Shown here one piece after another: positions 12,007 through 26,435 of a stretch of DNA of 64,000 bases. Positions within the stretch are counted from its first letter, which is position 1. Every line of letters begins with the position of its first letter. Made by a program: the position numbers and the translations under genes. Where the stretch lies: contig OX597816.1 of the NCBI GenBank assembly GCA_951406725.2, positions 128,898,001-128,962,000 of the forward strand. The letters are read 5' to 3'. The notes under the pieces were generated by a model. That model was given only the letters and a program-made list of their open reading frames with translations. It did not search any database and was not told the origin of the DNA. Source of the DNA: Octopus vulgaris. Its lineage: Eukaryota.

Positions 12007-12269
12007 GTCAAACCATCCAACCCATGCCAGCATGGAAAATGGACGTTAAATGATGATGATATATATATACATACATACATACATACATACATACATACAT
12101 CTATATATATATATATATTATTTATATCATTATATGATTGAACACCATGCATCCTCTTCCAAGTAAGTTTTATCCATATACTTGTGCTTCATACTTTTTT
12201 GTTGTACACATTTCATGACATCCTGTGCCCACATATGCATATATATATATTATTTATATTATATATAAG

Positions 12270-12301
<32 letters not shown>

Positions 12302-12319
12302 GACATATATACTTATATG

Positions 12320-12385
12320 GGGGAGGGGTTCTGAAACATTCTTGACTTTAAGGATATTGCAAAAGGCCTGGCTGGAGGCCAAATC
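12320..12385 (-). mobile_element. One end of the mariner-derived MITE seen at 61014-61230
   Basis: Matches the reverse complement of 61165-61230. Confidence 0.6.
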
Positions 12386-12823
12386 AATACCCACTCAAAT
12401 ACAAGTGAAACATGGAAGAAAAAACGTGAAAATCTTAAAATGTTGGTTGTCTTTCACCAAATGTACTTAAGAGAATTTTGCACTATGATCATGTCGAAAG
12501 GAAGTCTGATGAAGTGCATTGTCGTGAATACTCCATGATCCAGTGATTTGACTAAGTATGTAACTGACTAGTCCTACAACAACCAGGTCATTGGTGTGCA
12601 AAAACAGCCTTGAGATGGTCACCAAGAGAAGAAGAGAAATATGGGGATCTCCACAGTTCACATGGCATTCAGGCAGATTGAAAACAATAGGGGAGAACTG
12701 CCACTTGATATTTAAGGGATGGACTAACTAAACTAACCACATGTACTCAACACTCTTTCTTCTGTTTTGCATCCAAATATGAAGATATATGTTTTATATT
12801 CAAATATAAAAATATATATATAC

Positions 12824-13102
12824 ATATATAATTGTTAAAGAGGACCACAAACATTAGGGCAAGGCAAACATCTCAAGTTGTATACATTATTATTATTGGA
12901 AAAAATTCAGTCTTATAGCTGTTTCTGGGATATCCCCAAGTATCTCCTCTTTAACAATTATATATCCACTACATCGGAAATATGCAATGGTTCCATAACT
13001 ACCATCTTGGATATAATCTTGGAGCCCTAGTAATCCGTTACAGCACTTAGCTAGTGTACCTAATCATTTAGATCATCTGTGAACTAAACCTCGATACTTT
13101 GC
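12824..13102. mobile_element. Penelope-like terminal-repeat fragment with 21-bp perfect inverted repeat and half hammerhead
   Basis: atatataattgttaaagagga (12824-12844) / tcctctttaacaattatatat (12945-12965); gtcttatagctgtttctgggatat is the 3' half of the ribozyme family at 45935 and 55743. Confidence 0.7.
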
Positions 13103-13103
13103 A

Positions 13104-13144
<41 letters not shown>

Positions 13145-13194
13145 GTATATATATGTATATACATATATGAGTGTGTGTGTGTGTATATATATAC

Positions 13195-13225
<31 letters not shown>

Positions 13226-13286
13226 CATATATGTATATACATATATATACATATATATACATATATATATATATATACATATATAA

Positions 13287-13587
13287 GTGGAGGCGCAATG
13301 GCCCAGTGGTTAGGACAGCGGACTCGTGGTTGTAGGATAGCGGTTTCGATTCCCAGACCAGGCATTGTGAGTGTTTATTGAGCAAAAACACCTAAAGCTC
13401 CACGAGGCTCCTGCAGTGGGTGGTGGCGATTCCTGCTGTACTCTTTCGCCACAACTTTCTCTCGCTCTTTCTTCTGTTGGCCTGCTTGCTTAGCCAGCAG
13501 GGTGGCATCATTCGAAGGCTAAAACAATGCGAACACATTTGTGACCAGCAATGTGTAGCAACATTTGATGGTCTGGTCGGTCATGTG

Positions 13588-13590
<3 letters not shown>
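13287..13590 (+). mobile_element. tRNA-derived SINE, family E (single copy here)
   Basis: A-box-like tggcccagtgg, B-box-like gtttcgattcc, followed by gtgtttattgagcaaaaacac body; flanked by (TA)n. Confidence 0.75.
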
Positions 13591-13631
<41 letters not shown>

Positions 13632-15179
13632 CTATATATAAATATATATACATTCATATGTATGTATGTATAAACATAAACACACAAACACCTAGATGAT
13701 ATATATATATATATATATATATATTTTTTTACTTGTTTCAGTCATTTTGACTGCGGCCATGCTGCCTTTATATGTTTGTATGTCTGTGCATATGTATATT
13801 TATTCATACCCAAATGCACACACATACACATAAATCGTTTTTAATTTATGTCCAAAGGTAATCGACATTTGACTACCCATTTTATTTGAAGAACAATATC
13901 TTGAGACAATTTAGTTAAATATATAGTATTCTAAAAATTGTAAAACTAAAAAAAAAAAATGATATAGAGCATGGTTTAAAAAGCATTGAGGTAGAAGAGA
14001 AAACATGTATCGATTATTTTTTAGTACATTACAAATAATGCATGATGACACCCCCATCCCCATCTGCCTCACAACAACAAAAGCATGAAACAAGCAGAAA
14101 AGGACTTGAGCATTTTTTTCTGTGCTTGTATGGAATTTTATATTAGAATGACAGCTCATAACACTCTGTATGCAGCATATATCACTATACAACCAGTTTA
14201 TAACACTTTTTGTGTATATATAAATGAATCATACTTTATCCTGATTCAGCAGGGAATTTCCAGTAAAGCTGAATTCTTCCTATTACCATTCAAGTAGTAT
14301 TCTAAGATTTAATGTTTGCTTATGATAACAATTTCTATGTGTCCCATCATATCGATAGAAATACCAGTGATATATAATAATAGGAAACTGATTGTGATGT
14401 TGCTATGAAATATATCCTGCTGTAAGTTTTAAGTTTGCATCGTACAGACAACGCTAGTTTTGTTTGAAAAGTACCTACGTTAGGCAGGAAATGTACACTG
14501 CTGTGTGTACAAAAAGACTTAAACACCATGACGCAGCATGACAATGTAAATAGATATATGATTTATTATACTTTGCTACCATGTGATAAAAAGTGAAATC
14601 TGTACACAACGGAAATGTATGAAGGTCATATAAAATGTAGCGTTTTATAAATGATGGTGAATTTGTTTTTTGTTTCTGTTGTTTTGTTTTTGTTTTTGCT
14701 TTTATTTTTGTTGTTTAATTATGCATGGAAAAGTAGTGCCCATGACTTTTGTAGATAGGTGGGATGGGAATTCAAGGGGACTGATGATTTGGGAAGGCAG
14801 GATTAGTTATAGTGATAAATGCAAATCCTAAGAGAGAAGTGCAGTATGTGCAATGAGAGAAGGAGGGAATGGCGTATTAGGTGGACTTCAATGGAAGAGC
14901 AGTGGAATGTTGTGTTATTTTGATGGATCAGAGGTTGTTGTAGATGCATCGGGATAGACAAAGAGAGGAGGCAATATATGTGGACTAGAGGTTGTCATGT
15001 ATTAGTGAATAAATCTTTACCAGTCTTTTCAAATAGCCTTCTTTTTGAGATGATGTAGGATGTTTACCTATTTAGAAATAGCATCAGCCTTAATGTGGGA
15101 TTAGAATACCAATGTATATCTGCACATTGGAAAATTAATACCACATTAAGGACGCTTTCATTTTAGAAACAGTGTAAGA

Positions 15180-15430
15180 TCATCATCATCATCATCATCG
15201 ACATTTGAAAGTTCATTTTTGATGCTGGCATGGGTTGGACAATTTGAAAGGAACTGGCAAGGCTAGGGGCCACACCAGCTTCCATAGCCTGTTTTGGCTT
15301 GGTTTCTACAGCTGGGTGCCTTTCCTAATGCCAGCTACTTTACAGAAGGTATTGGGTGCTTTTTACGTGGCACCATCACTAGTGCTTTTTATGTGGCACC
15401 AGCACCTACACCAATGCTTTTTCATGTAAC
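15180..15430 (-). mobile_element. Older RTE 3' UTR fragment
   Basis: (cat)n tail, gctggcatgggttggac, gtgctttttacgtggcacc. Confidence 0.8.
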
Positions 15431-17494
15431 ACTTTGGTTTCAGGAACTAAGACGCTAATGTTTATCACTTATTGTATCTCTAGTAGATATTTCTAGATAT
15501 AACTTTCAGAAAAGTAAATGTATAAAATATTAATTTCCTTTTGTTGAATTGATAAAGCCCCAAACCAAATTTTCTATAGATTGATGTTGCTAAAGAGAAT
15601 CAAATACCAAATAATATAAATACTTATTTAACATTGTCAGTGGTGTGAAAACAAAGTTATTCCCAATGGGTTTTGAACTCAGTTTACAGAAGAACAAAGC
15701 TCAATACGGTAAAGCACTTAATATGATACTCTAATGTTTCTGCAAAATTGTCACTCTAAAATAGACAATATAAATATTAATGAGGTTTTTTTTTAAAAAA
15801 TCAATAACTCTCTTATAAAAAGAAAATTATTGTGAGAAAATAATTATATTTATGTTTAGTATCTATTAAATAAACCGTTGGCTACAAGAACATTTCTTTA
15901 ACCAGACAGATGTTGCACCCCAAAAGATTCTGTTGCCTGACTAATAAGTTCACAAGTTGATTCTGTTCTTATTCAGATGTTGTTTCTATATATTCTGTTG
16001 ATATTAATAATAACTGATGTAGCTCTTTGGTTTAGCTATGAAATATTATTCTGGTTTACACCATCTCTTTATCGATTAGTGGTGAAATTATAGGTCTAGA
16101 ATAAATCTTTAGTTCACAACAGTAGTATCTGAACAAAAATTATCCTGTAACATATTAAATTGCTGATACACAACTGAAGACCTTCATTTTGGGGTTGTTA
16201 TGGTATAACTCCTTTGGCAGGCAATTAAGTTGGCCAACTGACTAAATTTTCTTTCTTCTTTTAGTCAGGAGAGAAGGCATTGTTCACAACCTTTTACAGG
16301 GCCTCTCAGACTAACAGGTGGGAGAGAAAAAGGTATCTTCAAACTAGAGACCTTGCCCAAATGCTTGCAACAGAATGTGCTCTGCTATAAGCATCCAAGG
16401 AACAGGGTGGTGGTATTAAACTGAGCAATGGATTAAGTCTACCACCCAAGTTGGCCATTGCAGGATTTGAACTCGGAACTCAAGGAAACAAAACAGATAG
16501 CACAAAGTGTCTATTCTGACCTTCTAACTGTTCTGCCAGTCCATTGTCATTGGATTGGTACCTTTTTATTGACCATGAAGAGATGAAAAGCAAAGTTGAA
16601 CTCAGTGGGTTTTGTGCAGAAATTCAGAACAAATATTGCAAGGCATTCCGTTCATTGCCTTTATGACTCTACCCATTCACCATTTTAGATTTAACACACT
16701 TTTCTGTTGCTCCAGATTTAGCATTCCTCTCTACTTCATACAGAGAACCATACTACACAATCTAACATACAGTGATAAATCATATAGATTGTAGTGCAAC
16801 AGTCTGAACACCTTGTACTCTCTCTACTGTTCAGATTATTTCTATACATCTGTTGTTATTAAATTCTCTGTGTCAGCCTTTATCAAGTATGTCTAGGATC
16901 AAAGGCATAACCATCTCATTTTAATGTATATTCATGATTACATTATCTAATATATCCATTTTCTATCTTAACACAAGATGATGTGATTTAACAAAGATTT
17001 GGCTACTATTTCTATGACAACATAGAGACGTCCAGGTTGGTTCATACAGTACCATGTGGCCAACATCACTCATGTGCAAGTATGGCTTGGTACTATGTTC
17101 TATATTTCTGTTAACTGTTTTAAGTGCTCATGTAATCAAGAGTAGATATAGATACTCTGTCAGCCCACTTTTTCTTGACTCAGTGGGATATCTGTGATGT
17201 ATCACCTGAAGGAAGAGAAGACTACTACAAAACCCTGACTGATACTCGGGTACACATTACAGTTGAGTAAAGTGGATCACTGTGAAAGGAAATATTTCTC
17301 AAGGAAACAATGTGCCACCTAGTCTGGGAACTGAGCCCACAGTCTTATAATTGTGAGTGGAACACCCTAACCATTAGACTATGTGACTTCATAGGTTATG
17401 TAGCCTCTGTAGATAATGGTGATAGCAACAGCAGAAACAAAATTAACTCAGTGAGAGCATGTCATTAGTTTGCATTTAATATTTCCTTTATGTA

Positions 17495-17690
17495 AGGCAG
17501 CAGCTGACAGAAACATTAACATACCAGGTGAAATGCTTAGTGGAATTTCGTCTGTCTTTACATTCTGAGTTCAAATTCCACTGCGGTTAACTTTGCCTTT
17601 CATCCTTTTGGGGCTGAGCTAATCGACTGACCCCATCACCTATCCCACCGAAATTTCCGGCCTTGTGCCAATATTTGAAACCAATATTTC
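17495..17690 (+). mobile_element. SINE family B copy
   Basis: gaaatgcttag..tttcgtctg..ttctgagttcaaattcc..ctttgcctttcatcc. Confidence 0.75.
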
Positions 17691-17905
17691 TTTCATTTAT
17701 GCAGTGTGTTAATAGCAAGTCACCTTGGCACAGACTATTTTTCTTCAAGATCTTTTCTGTAGCTAAACAAATACATGCGACAGAAGAAAAACTTAAGTTG
17801 CTCCAAGCAATAATTAATACAAATGTGCATACATGCATACGTGCATACATATATTCATATATATGCATGCATACATTTATACATACATTTATTTTATATG
17901 TATAC

Positions 17906-18690
17906 CATAGTAATGAAGCTAACTCATGCAGAGTAAAGCTACTAGGTATAAATTGACCTTGAACCCTGCTGTGCATGTGCACTAAGTTTTAGTGTTCTAG
18001 CTCACTTGTGCTATTTACAGCAGTGCTTGGAAGGAACGTGTGTAGCGTGTGATTGTCATGTTGACCATGACAGAGAAAGTTGAGCAAAGAATCCGTATCA
18101 AATTTTGCCAAAAGCTTAGCAATACCTGCTCAGAGGCCTACGCAAAGTTTTTTAAATGTTTTCATCATTCTTGACACAATCAAGGGTTCTTGTGCAACTG
18201 AAACTTGAATGTCTTTTTGGTCAGCTGAAAATAGTTTTCGCACAAACTTGGCAGACTTGCATCTCATACCCAAATCTTCAGTGATAATGGACTGAACTGA
18301 ACCATAACTAATCTGCACATCCTCTGATAATTCATGGAGAGTGATTCAATGATTCCCCTGACAGCTGCACACACATTTGTGATGTATTCTCAGTTCTGCT
18401 TGTTGCGAGTCTCCTGGAAGGTTCATCAATATTGACATTTTTCAGCCATCTTGGAAACCTTTGAACCGCACATAGACCCCTTCTCATACACTTTCTGCAA
18501 GTATAGTGATGACCACATACTACATATGTTCCTTCCAAGCACTGCTGTAATCAGTAGAAGTGAGCTAGAATACTAAAACTTAGTACACATGCACAGTAGA
18601 GTCCAAGGTCAATATGAGTCGGGCGGCTTTGCTCAGCATGCTTTAGCTTTGTTACTATAGCAACAGTCCAGATTCTCATTGATTAGACTT

Positions 18691-18693
<3 letters not shown>
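17906..18693. mobile_element. Rearranged mariner with two 5' ends facing inward and an inverted internal transposase segment
   Basis: + strand MTEKVEQRIRIKFCQKLSNTCSEAYAK from 18067; - strand LQKVY...ISYGSVQSIITEDLGMRCKSAKFV (18150-18500); ~150-bp inverted arms; TIR-like end at 18660-18693. Confidence 0.85.
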
Positions 18694-18726
<33 letters not shown>

Positions 18727-18741
18727 CACACACACACACAC

Positions 18742-18781
<40 letters not shown>

Positions 18782-18869
18782 AAGCACGCATTTTGCATCA
18801 AAAGCCAACTTGAGAGTTTCTCTCATGCCATAGTAGGAATGAATATTATGTATGTATATATATATATAC

Positions 18870-19050
18870 AGTTCTATATTTAAGAGATGAGGAATTATGT
18901 ACATTATTTACATTTGACAGATATTTGTCCTCATCTTGTTTGTTGTTAACACGTTTCGGCTGATATACCCTCCAGCCTTTATCAGGTGTCTTGGGGATAT
19001 TTCAAACCTGGGTTCTCATTCCTAAGGTATTTTTCGATATTATTATTATT
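18870..19050 (-). mobile_element. Penelope-like terminal-repeat fragment with degenerate hammerhead (18948-18989)
   Basis: Minus: acac-CTGATAA-aggctg(gagggtatat)cagcc-GAAA-c-gtgt; core G-to-A change and a short deletion at stem III/cleavage site. Confidence 0.6.

Positions 19051-19052
<2 letters not shown>

Positions 19053-19125
<73 letters not shown>
19053..19125. repeat. (AAT)n microsatellite
   Basis: Direct inspection. Confidence 0.95.
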
Positions 19126-19127
<2 letters not shown>

Positions 19128-22100
19128 CATTGAAAAGAGAGAGAAAGATAGAAAGACACAGAAAGATAGAAAGATAAAGAGACAGAGGAGCAGAGAGAGA
19201 GATACAGACAGACGCATATATACATACATACACACATACATATATACATACATACATACATACATACATGTGACACGTGTGTGGATGTTCGTGTGTGTGT
19301 GTGTGTGTAAATGTATGTGCACATGTGTGTGTGAAGTGCATTTATCACATCGAAACAGTTCAGTTTCTGTTTAGCTTCAACTAAAAGTCAATGCAAATCA
19401 CATGAAAAGCTCACTAAAGTGATAAACGACATTTAACTTACCACAAGCTGGGGAAATTTTCCAAACACTAAATTGTTTCAATCTGCTGGATCTCGTCAAT
19501 TTATGTGCATCTTTTATATTAAGCTGTAACTAAGGTCACAATTGGCTGCTTGCTGAACTAATTAAAACTTTTGTGGTGAACAGATCTACCGCATGATAAA
19601 CTCAATCCATTATCAGCTTCTTACAACACCACCTAAATCTCAGATGCCTTAAGCAATGTCATCTCTGTGGTAAACATTCAACCCAGGTAAGTCCCTCATT
19701 TGAAAATAATTTCCTCTCCTCCTATTGATATCAGAGGTATTGCAAAAGGCCTTCTCCTACCATTCAAAGAATTTAAAAGAAAAATATAATCTGTAAAATA
19801 TGGCTTTATAATACAAATTTTATTGTCTTAGTCATTTTAAATGAAACCCAAGTAAAATCAATAAGTTATGATAAATATAATGCATCTCAGGATGAGTGGA
19901 AAACTTATCTCTATTTCACCTTTTAACCAATATGAACTTCAGACTCTTTGCACATCCATTAGACCACAGGGCTCGTACATTATGGATTTCTCTTGTACAA
20001 GGTTGGAAATGGCTAATACAATGACATTTGCATTATAAAGTAATGTTTCGTACAACATGAAATTCTTCTTGGAACAATAGTTCTGGTTCCAAATCAGTAA
20101 CTTTCTTCACAATCTAGATATATAATTTCCAAGCAGGCCATTTTACAGTTAAGCAGCCAAGAAGTGGCATTGGTCATATCTTAGAGGAAAAGGTACAAAC
20201 ACACACATACCTATTGTTATCTGCACATGCGTACACACATACATGTAGATAAACTGAGAGAGAGAGAAAGAAAGAATGGAGAGGGAGAAAGAGAAAGGAG
20301 AGAGAGAGAGAAAGGACTGAGGAAAGGAGGGAGAGAGAGAAGAGGGAGAGAGAGAAAAGGGAGAGAAAGGACTGAGGGATTGGGATTTATATGCACATAT
20401 GAATATGCACATATATAAATATTTGTGTGTGCATACTTCAGCTTGATTCTATTTAGTAGGTTACAAGCTCTAGATATATGGATATCCTTGTAACAGTTGA
20501 ATAAATATTTTAGATTTTAGTCAATAAAGATGTATAGAATGAGAAATTGAATGTGAAATAAGGAAAAAAAAAATGGGTAAGCAAGAAATGTTAGATAAAA
20601 TATATTGAAAAAAGAATAGTTTGGAATATTGAATGGAGAAAGCTAAAGGTTAGGAAAGCCAATGCAATGATAGCTGAAGCATAGAAATTCCAAATTGTAG
20701 TAGCTACTGGACTGAAGAAAATCCCATCTAATTTTTTAGGCATGCATTTATGAACAATAGACTCATTACACATTTGGATCTCAAAGAGAAATCCAATGGA
20801 CAAACCAATGGTTCACCGATTTTCTGAGAAAAAAGGGACACAAAGTGTTTATGCACTCGCCTCTTGAATATTTGTTATTCATTCACTGAGATAATTCCAG
20901 TTGCCACATCCAAAAGATTGTTTTAGAGGTTGATGGCTGATTGCAGAAAGTCGAAGCTCCTTTTGCAGTTTTATTGTTTATATTGTTGCTTAGTCTCAAT
21001 TCAGACTTGATCAAGCAGCTCTATGATCAAGGAAATTGAAGCCATTATCGCCTTATAATTTTCCTAGAACAACATGCTCTGATTTATCCTTCTTTTCTAA
21101 GACAGTATGATGCAAGTTTAAAGAAGATTTGGCTGCTATTTGTAGCAAGTCAAGCAATGACATAGAGGTTTCAGCATCATGCACAATATGCAGTGCATCA
21201 GCTTCCTATGGAGTGAATGGATGTTAGCATCAGGTATGGCGATATCTGTATGCAATCATAAACATGTTGGTCCCTTTATATATTATCTTCTATACTTCTC
21301 ACCCCAAATTATCCCTAACAGATTAAAGTTAGGGTGTGCTTTTTGAAGTGCAGTTATTGCAACAAGAAGACTGAGAACTCCAGACATGCTTCAGCTCATT
21401 ACACTTCCTCACCAAAGCATAACCATTTCTGTTCTTTTCAGGCTATAATAAAAATTACAATATGGATTTTGATCACTTGATATAACAAAATAACAGAATA
21501 AGTGAGAAAAATTACGAAGGAATTCAATCAGCATGGAAAATAAAGTTAAATAAGTGTTAGCAATGGACTCATGCATGCACACATGCAAATACATTCACAC
21601 ATGAAAGTATATGCATGTGTGAATGTACGCATGTGCACATGCATACACACAGACACACACACACACCCAAAGAAGAGGAGTCTTGATTAATAAAAAATAT
21701 TTGCTCACTACCCTGGGCATATTAACACAGATTTTAACTGATTTAGAAGTACTGCTTACATATTTGAGTTCATCCAAATTTGTACTGAAACTCTTCCCAG
21801 AGAGCAGATCTGAAAGGATAATGGTTAGTCACTCAAATCTTTGTATCATTGACAAAACATTATATCTGGCCTATTTCCATTGTTAATTCTGTGGAAGATG
21901 TTCAGATGAGTTTCATTCCAGGAATTTTCCATATGAACACAGCTTATTAAATTTAGTTATCTACATCTGAACTTTCTGGATATCTCACAAATATGCCTTA
22001 TACTCCATGCATGTTTTTTCCTAGGACAACTGAATTGCAGAATAAACTCAGTCATTATTTGCCTGCAAATGCTGTCTCATATTATTTCATTTTATAAGAT

Positions 22101-24591
22101 TCTTTATTGTTCTCTTACTTCCCATATTTTATTGCCATTTTTTTATTTACTCTCTTCAATGTTTTTATAGCATGTTTCTGGCATTAACATCACTTCTTTC
22201 TTTTAACTCTTTGCCTGAAAGTAGTTTATGGGTCTTTCTTGCAAAGGTTTGAGTAAAACCAAACAGAAAAAAAAACAGCTATCTTAACTTGTTTGAGATG
22301 TTGTCTATATCATAAGTTGTTTGTAAATTTAGTTTTGTAGATAGAAACTAATAGAAAAAAATGTTACAAATAATAGTAGAGTTTGTAATCTCATACAGCT
22401 TCGAATGAAAACTGTATAACAGTATGCTATGTCCCAATTCATAAAGATAAGTAATATAAATCATTTCCTTGCATCTCTAAATTAACTTACATTACTTTAT
22501 TACAAGTCTAATGATATAACGTTTCCAACTAGAGACCTAATCAGTTTGTTATTAGGAGAATTTTTATAGCACTTGTACTAAAGCTTCTTAATAAAATAGA
22601 TTTGCCTGTAATATAGGATGGAATATATATTTTTGTCTGACTGATTTCAACATTTCTGCAGTTAGGCTACTTAATATATCTACTTACAAAATCCTGAAGT
22701 ATTAATTTGGAAATTTTTCAAATAAAGCAAATGTATTATTTAATTACAATAAATTATATTTCTAGATTCTTTTGTATATTTTTAGCAAAATATTCGATCT
22801 GAAATTCTTACTGTTGAATTTTGGTAGACATATCTGTTATTTTTTCCATTTGATACATGTATGACTTTTTGTTTCATTAACTTTTTTGATAATTTGGTTC
22901 CTATTATAATCTAAGTTTAGTTTGTTGTTTGCTTGTTTTTTTTCTTAGAATGCAGAAAAGAACAAAGATTGCTCTTCTAGAAGCCAACAATATTTAGTTC
23001 TATTTTTCTAAGACTTTACAGAAGCTTGTTGTGGATGGTTTCATATATAGAAATCTCTTTTAACATGCAAGTGACAAAGGGACGGCAGTGTGGCCAACCT
23101 AAAGAAAGCTTTGGCGAAAGGGCAAAAAACTTTTGACTTCCCATAGTATATGTTTTTCCTCTAATGGATTCTCTTGGTTTTATTGAATAAGTATTCCAGT
23201 TGTTTGATGAAGCAAATTGCCTATTCATTGAATTATAGTTTTACAGACTATGTATTCCGCAGACATCTCTAGAAATGATGTAATCCTCAGACAGAATTAC
23301 TAACGTGTTTCAAAGTTAGGTCTTCAGGTCACATTGTAGTCCATCTGACAGATTTACAAACAATTTCTATCTACCTGTCTTGAGTCATCTCTACTCTGTG
23401 TGTGTTGTGAGGGGTGGGGGGAGACAGTTATTCAAAGCAAGATGAAACTCAGAATCTCATGTAATACATCATCCACATCCTAACAATAATGTGAACGTAG
23501 CATTTTAAATATGATGAATTCCTAATATCATCTGAAAGGACTGCAAAATGAAAAGCATGGCCCTCAAGGAGCAACTCCTAAGATTAAAAATGTATGAAAT
23601 TTCAGAATCTTTTTCTCACTATTGCCAAATACTTTCATCATTTATGGTTCCTTGCAGGGAGAAACATTCTGCTTTAGAAAGGTACCATGTAAGAAATGGC
23701 CAACAACTATATCTTCCTATAGCAATATTTAGCCTTCTTTCTGTCTTTTTCTTTGTCTACTTATTAATCTTTCTTACACCCTCATTCTCTTTCTCTCCCC
23801 TCTAGTATACTATATTACATAATATATAATATATAAAGATATTATATAATATGTTATGTAATATATAAAGATAAAGAATGTAAGATATTAAATATTTCTC
23901 TGCGCATGTCACTCTAAAATGATTTAATCATGTTTAAGTTGCAATTGATTGTTACATGCATGCACACACACACACATGTATGCATACATGCACATGTTCA
24001 TGCATCTTACCCACTAGTCATTGAATCAACATTATACTGCCTTCTGATAAGGAATCATTGATTTCCTTCCTTACAATTCTAAAGTAATAAATGAAGATGG
24101 TAAAGAAAATGCATAAGATGTGGATTGCGTGAGCAACATGCAAGTTGCTGCATTGTTAATTTCAGTTCAAATCTTGATAAAGTCATACAGGATTTCATTC
24201 CTGAAAAATTATAGGTGAAAGCATTAGAAAATATCTGCATAATAGAATAGGTTAGGTAACACTTCTCACTTGCATTTTTTACCCATTTAGACATTAAAAT
24301 ATTGTGAGTTTACACAATGAAATTTAGCAAAATTTAAGAAGTATCAGGAAGAGATAATAATGACTCATTCTTTGATAGTGTACTGGTGCTAATAACAACA
24401 ACAATAATAATAATGATAGTAATAATTTTTATGTGCTCTAAGGACAACGGAGGAAGTGACATTACAAGGGCAGATTACAAAATATGCACACACTCACACA
24501 TGCATGCACACATACATACATGCATATATATGTTAAAACATTTCGAAGGGAATATTCCAAGGAGATAGTCTTTCTGTAATTCTGACCATTT

Positions 24592-25595
24592 TGGCATTAA
24601 ATCCATTATCATTCCTGCTGCAAAAAATCAAATGGCTACGCGCTAGGGTCTGCAACTGTTAGAGATATTAATGTAAGCCATAATTTCTTTGTGGATGACT
24701 TTCAGATTTATTCTGAAAATGTTAACAATGCCAAAAAAACAGCTGGAATTAATAACATTTTCAGCTGACATAGGAATGGAATTTGGCCAAAAGAAATGTT
24801 CATATTTGATTGCTGAACTGGGAAAGTCAGTCCTCCAGACCCCAAACCTGTGCATCAGTGGCCTTACTATTTCTCCTGCACTACACAAAGAATGCTGCAA
24901 GTCCCTAGGCATTGATGAAAACATATCATATGAAGTTATTGTGAATAAAGATAGAATGACCCAAGAATATTATAAAAGACTTAGAAAAATGTTGCAGCTG
25001 GAACTCTCTTCTTTCAGTGAGACAATATTCCACAATGAATTTGCAGTACCAGAGCTGATTCCAACATTTAAGATATTTGACTTATCTCTAGAAGAAATCC
25101 ACTCTATAGACATTAAAACCGATAAGATACTAACAAAATCTCAACAGGAATAATGTCTAAGAAGGGATGAGAGGAGTAAAGGCTTGAGATCAGTACAGAC
25201 AGCCTTTGAATGTCACATAGTCTCTCTCAGAGAGCACTTGCTAAACAGCAGCAGCAAAAATAAATATATCAACTTAGTGCTGAAAAGTGTAGAGAACAAT
25301 ATCCTACCATACAACCCCAAAACAGTCAGACTAACATACCACAAAAAAGACCTGAATGTGAACAAGCTCAACATACCAAAAAAAGACAATGCATGGTATG
25401 TTTCCTGAAGACTTGCAAAAGACAGTAATATTGACATGAAGTAAAGCTTCTCTTGGACTCATGATTGTTATGTTGCATCACATTTTGAAGGCTATGTAGT
25501 GTCATACAAGTCAGCTATCCTACTAATATGAATGTCTCTTTGAAAATCAAAGAAAAAGGGTATAACTATAGACAAATGCTTCAAAACTTCCAGAC
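24592..25595 (+). mobile_element. R4/Dong-like (RLE-type) LINE, decayed RT with internal deletion
   Basis: ALNPLSFLL...SHNFFVDD...FSADIGMEFGQKKC...LGIDENISY...EYYKRLRK...FAVP...IDIKT..., then jumps to VSYPTNMNVSLKIKEK. Confidence 0.8.
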
Positions 25596-26104
25596 ATGGC
25601 TGTTTGGTAAGAAGCTTGCTTCCCAACTACATGGTTCTAGGTTCAGTCTGGTGTATTCTTATGTAGCTTTCTTCTGTATTCATGGCATGCCCATACAGTC
25701 TTCTTTTTTGCACACTGCATTTCATTCTTCTTATATTTAGATTTTCTCTCAACTTATTTGTCCTCATCATTCATACACACTGGTATTGCACATCCAGCAC
25801 AGCTTTATTTCTTTCTTGTCTTTGCAGTTCCTCAAATGCTTTGCATTCAAGGTTTCTCTGTCTTACTAGTGTGCAACATGATACCTAGTACATATGTATC
25901 ATACAATTAAACCCTTTGTTACTAGCAGATGTATGTATGTATGTATGTATGTATGTATGTATGTATGTATGTATGTATGTATGTATGTATGTATGTATAT
26001 ATATGTATGTCTCTTCTATTTTTATTATAAATCGTTCACTGAGGAGGGAGCCATTTTCCAACAAAGATGCAAGGCTCCATCTTTGGGATGTAGTTAACAC
26101 AGAC

Positions 26105-26435
26105 AAATTCACATTTGAAACTTGAGAAAAGTCTTGCATATTTCTACTGTTCCACTCATAGATTTCACTTGTAATGTACAAATTAGCTGGTCGATTTCTC
26201 TTTCTGAAAATCCCAGTTTATCCAGATTCTCCTTTAAGCATTTACTAATAAAACCTACTGCTCCAAATATTATTGGTATGAATATGAATTCATAATCCGA
26301 ATATAAAAGCTGGAGGTTTCAAAGCAGCTGTCCATAGATATCCTCTTTTTCTTTGATTTTCAAAGAGATATTTATATCTGCAGGGCAGCTGACCACTATG
26401 ATGATACATACCTTTGCTCCTCTGTCCCAAACATG
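26105..26435 (-). mobile_element. R4-like LINE endonuclease C-terminus fragment
   Basis: VWDRGAKVCIIIVVSCPADINISLKIKEKEDIYGQLL*NLQ...FIPIIFGAVGFI...ICKTFLKF. Confidence 0.75.

Noticed and set aside
12440-12700. Possible very old RTE-like peptide (LHYDHVERK...RWSPRE)
   Set aside because: Too degenerate to call without a profile search
13287-13360. tRNA gene
   Set aside because: A/B boxes are present but I could not fold a convincing cloverleaf, and it continues into a SINE body; the same applies to the other SINE heads
20591-20803. 70-aa hydrophobic ORF suggesting a membrane protein exon
   Set aside because: No recognisable motif; hydrophobic bias is expected from T-rich sequence
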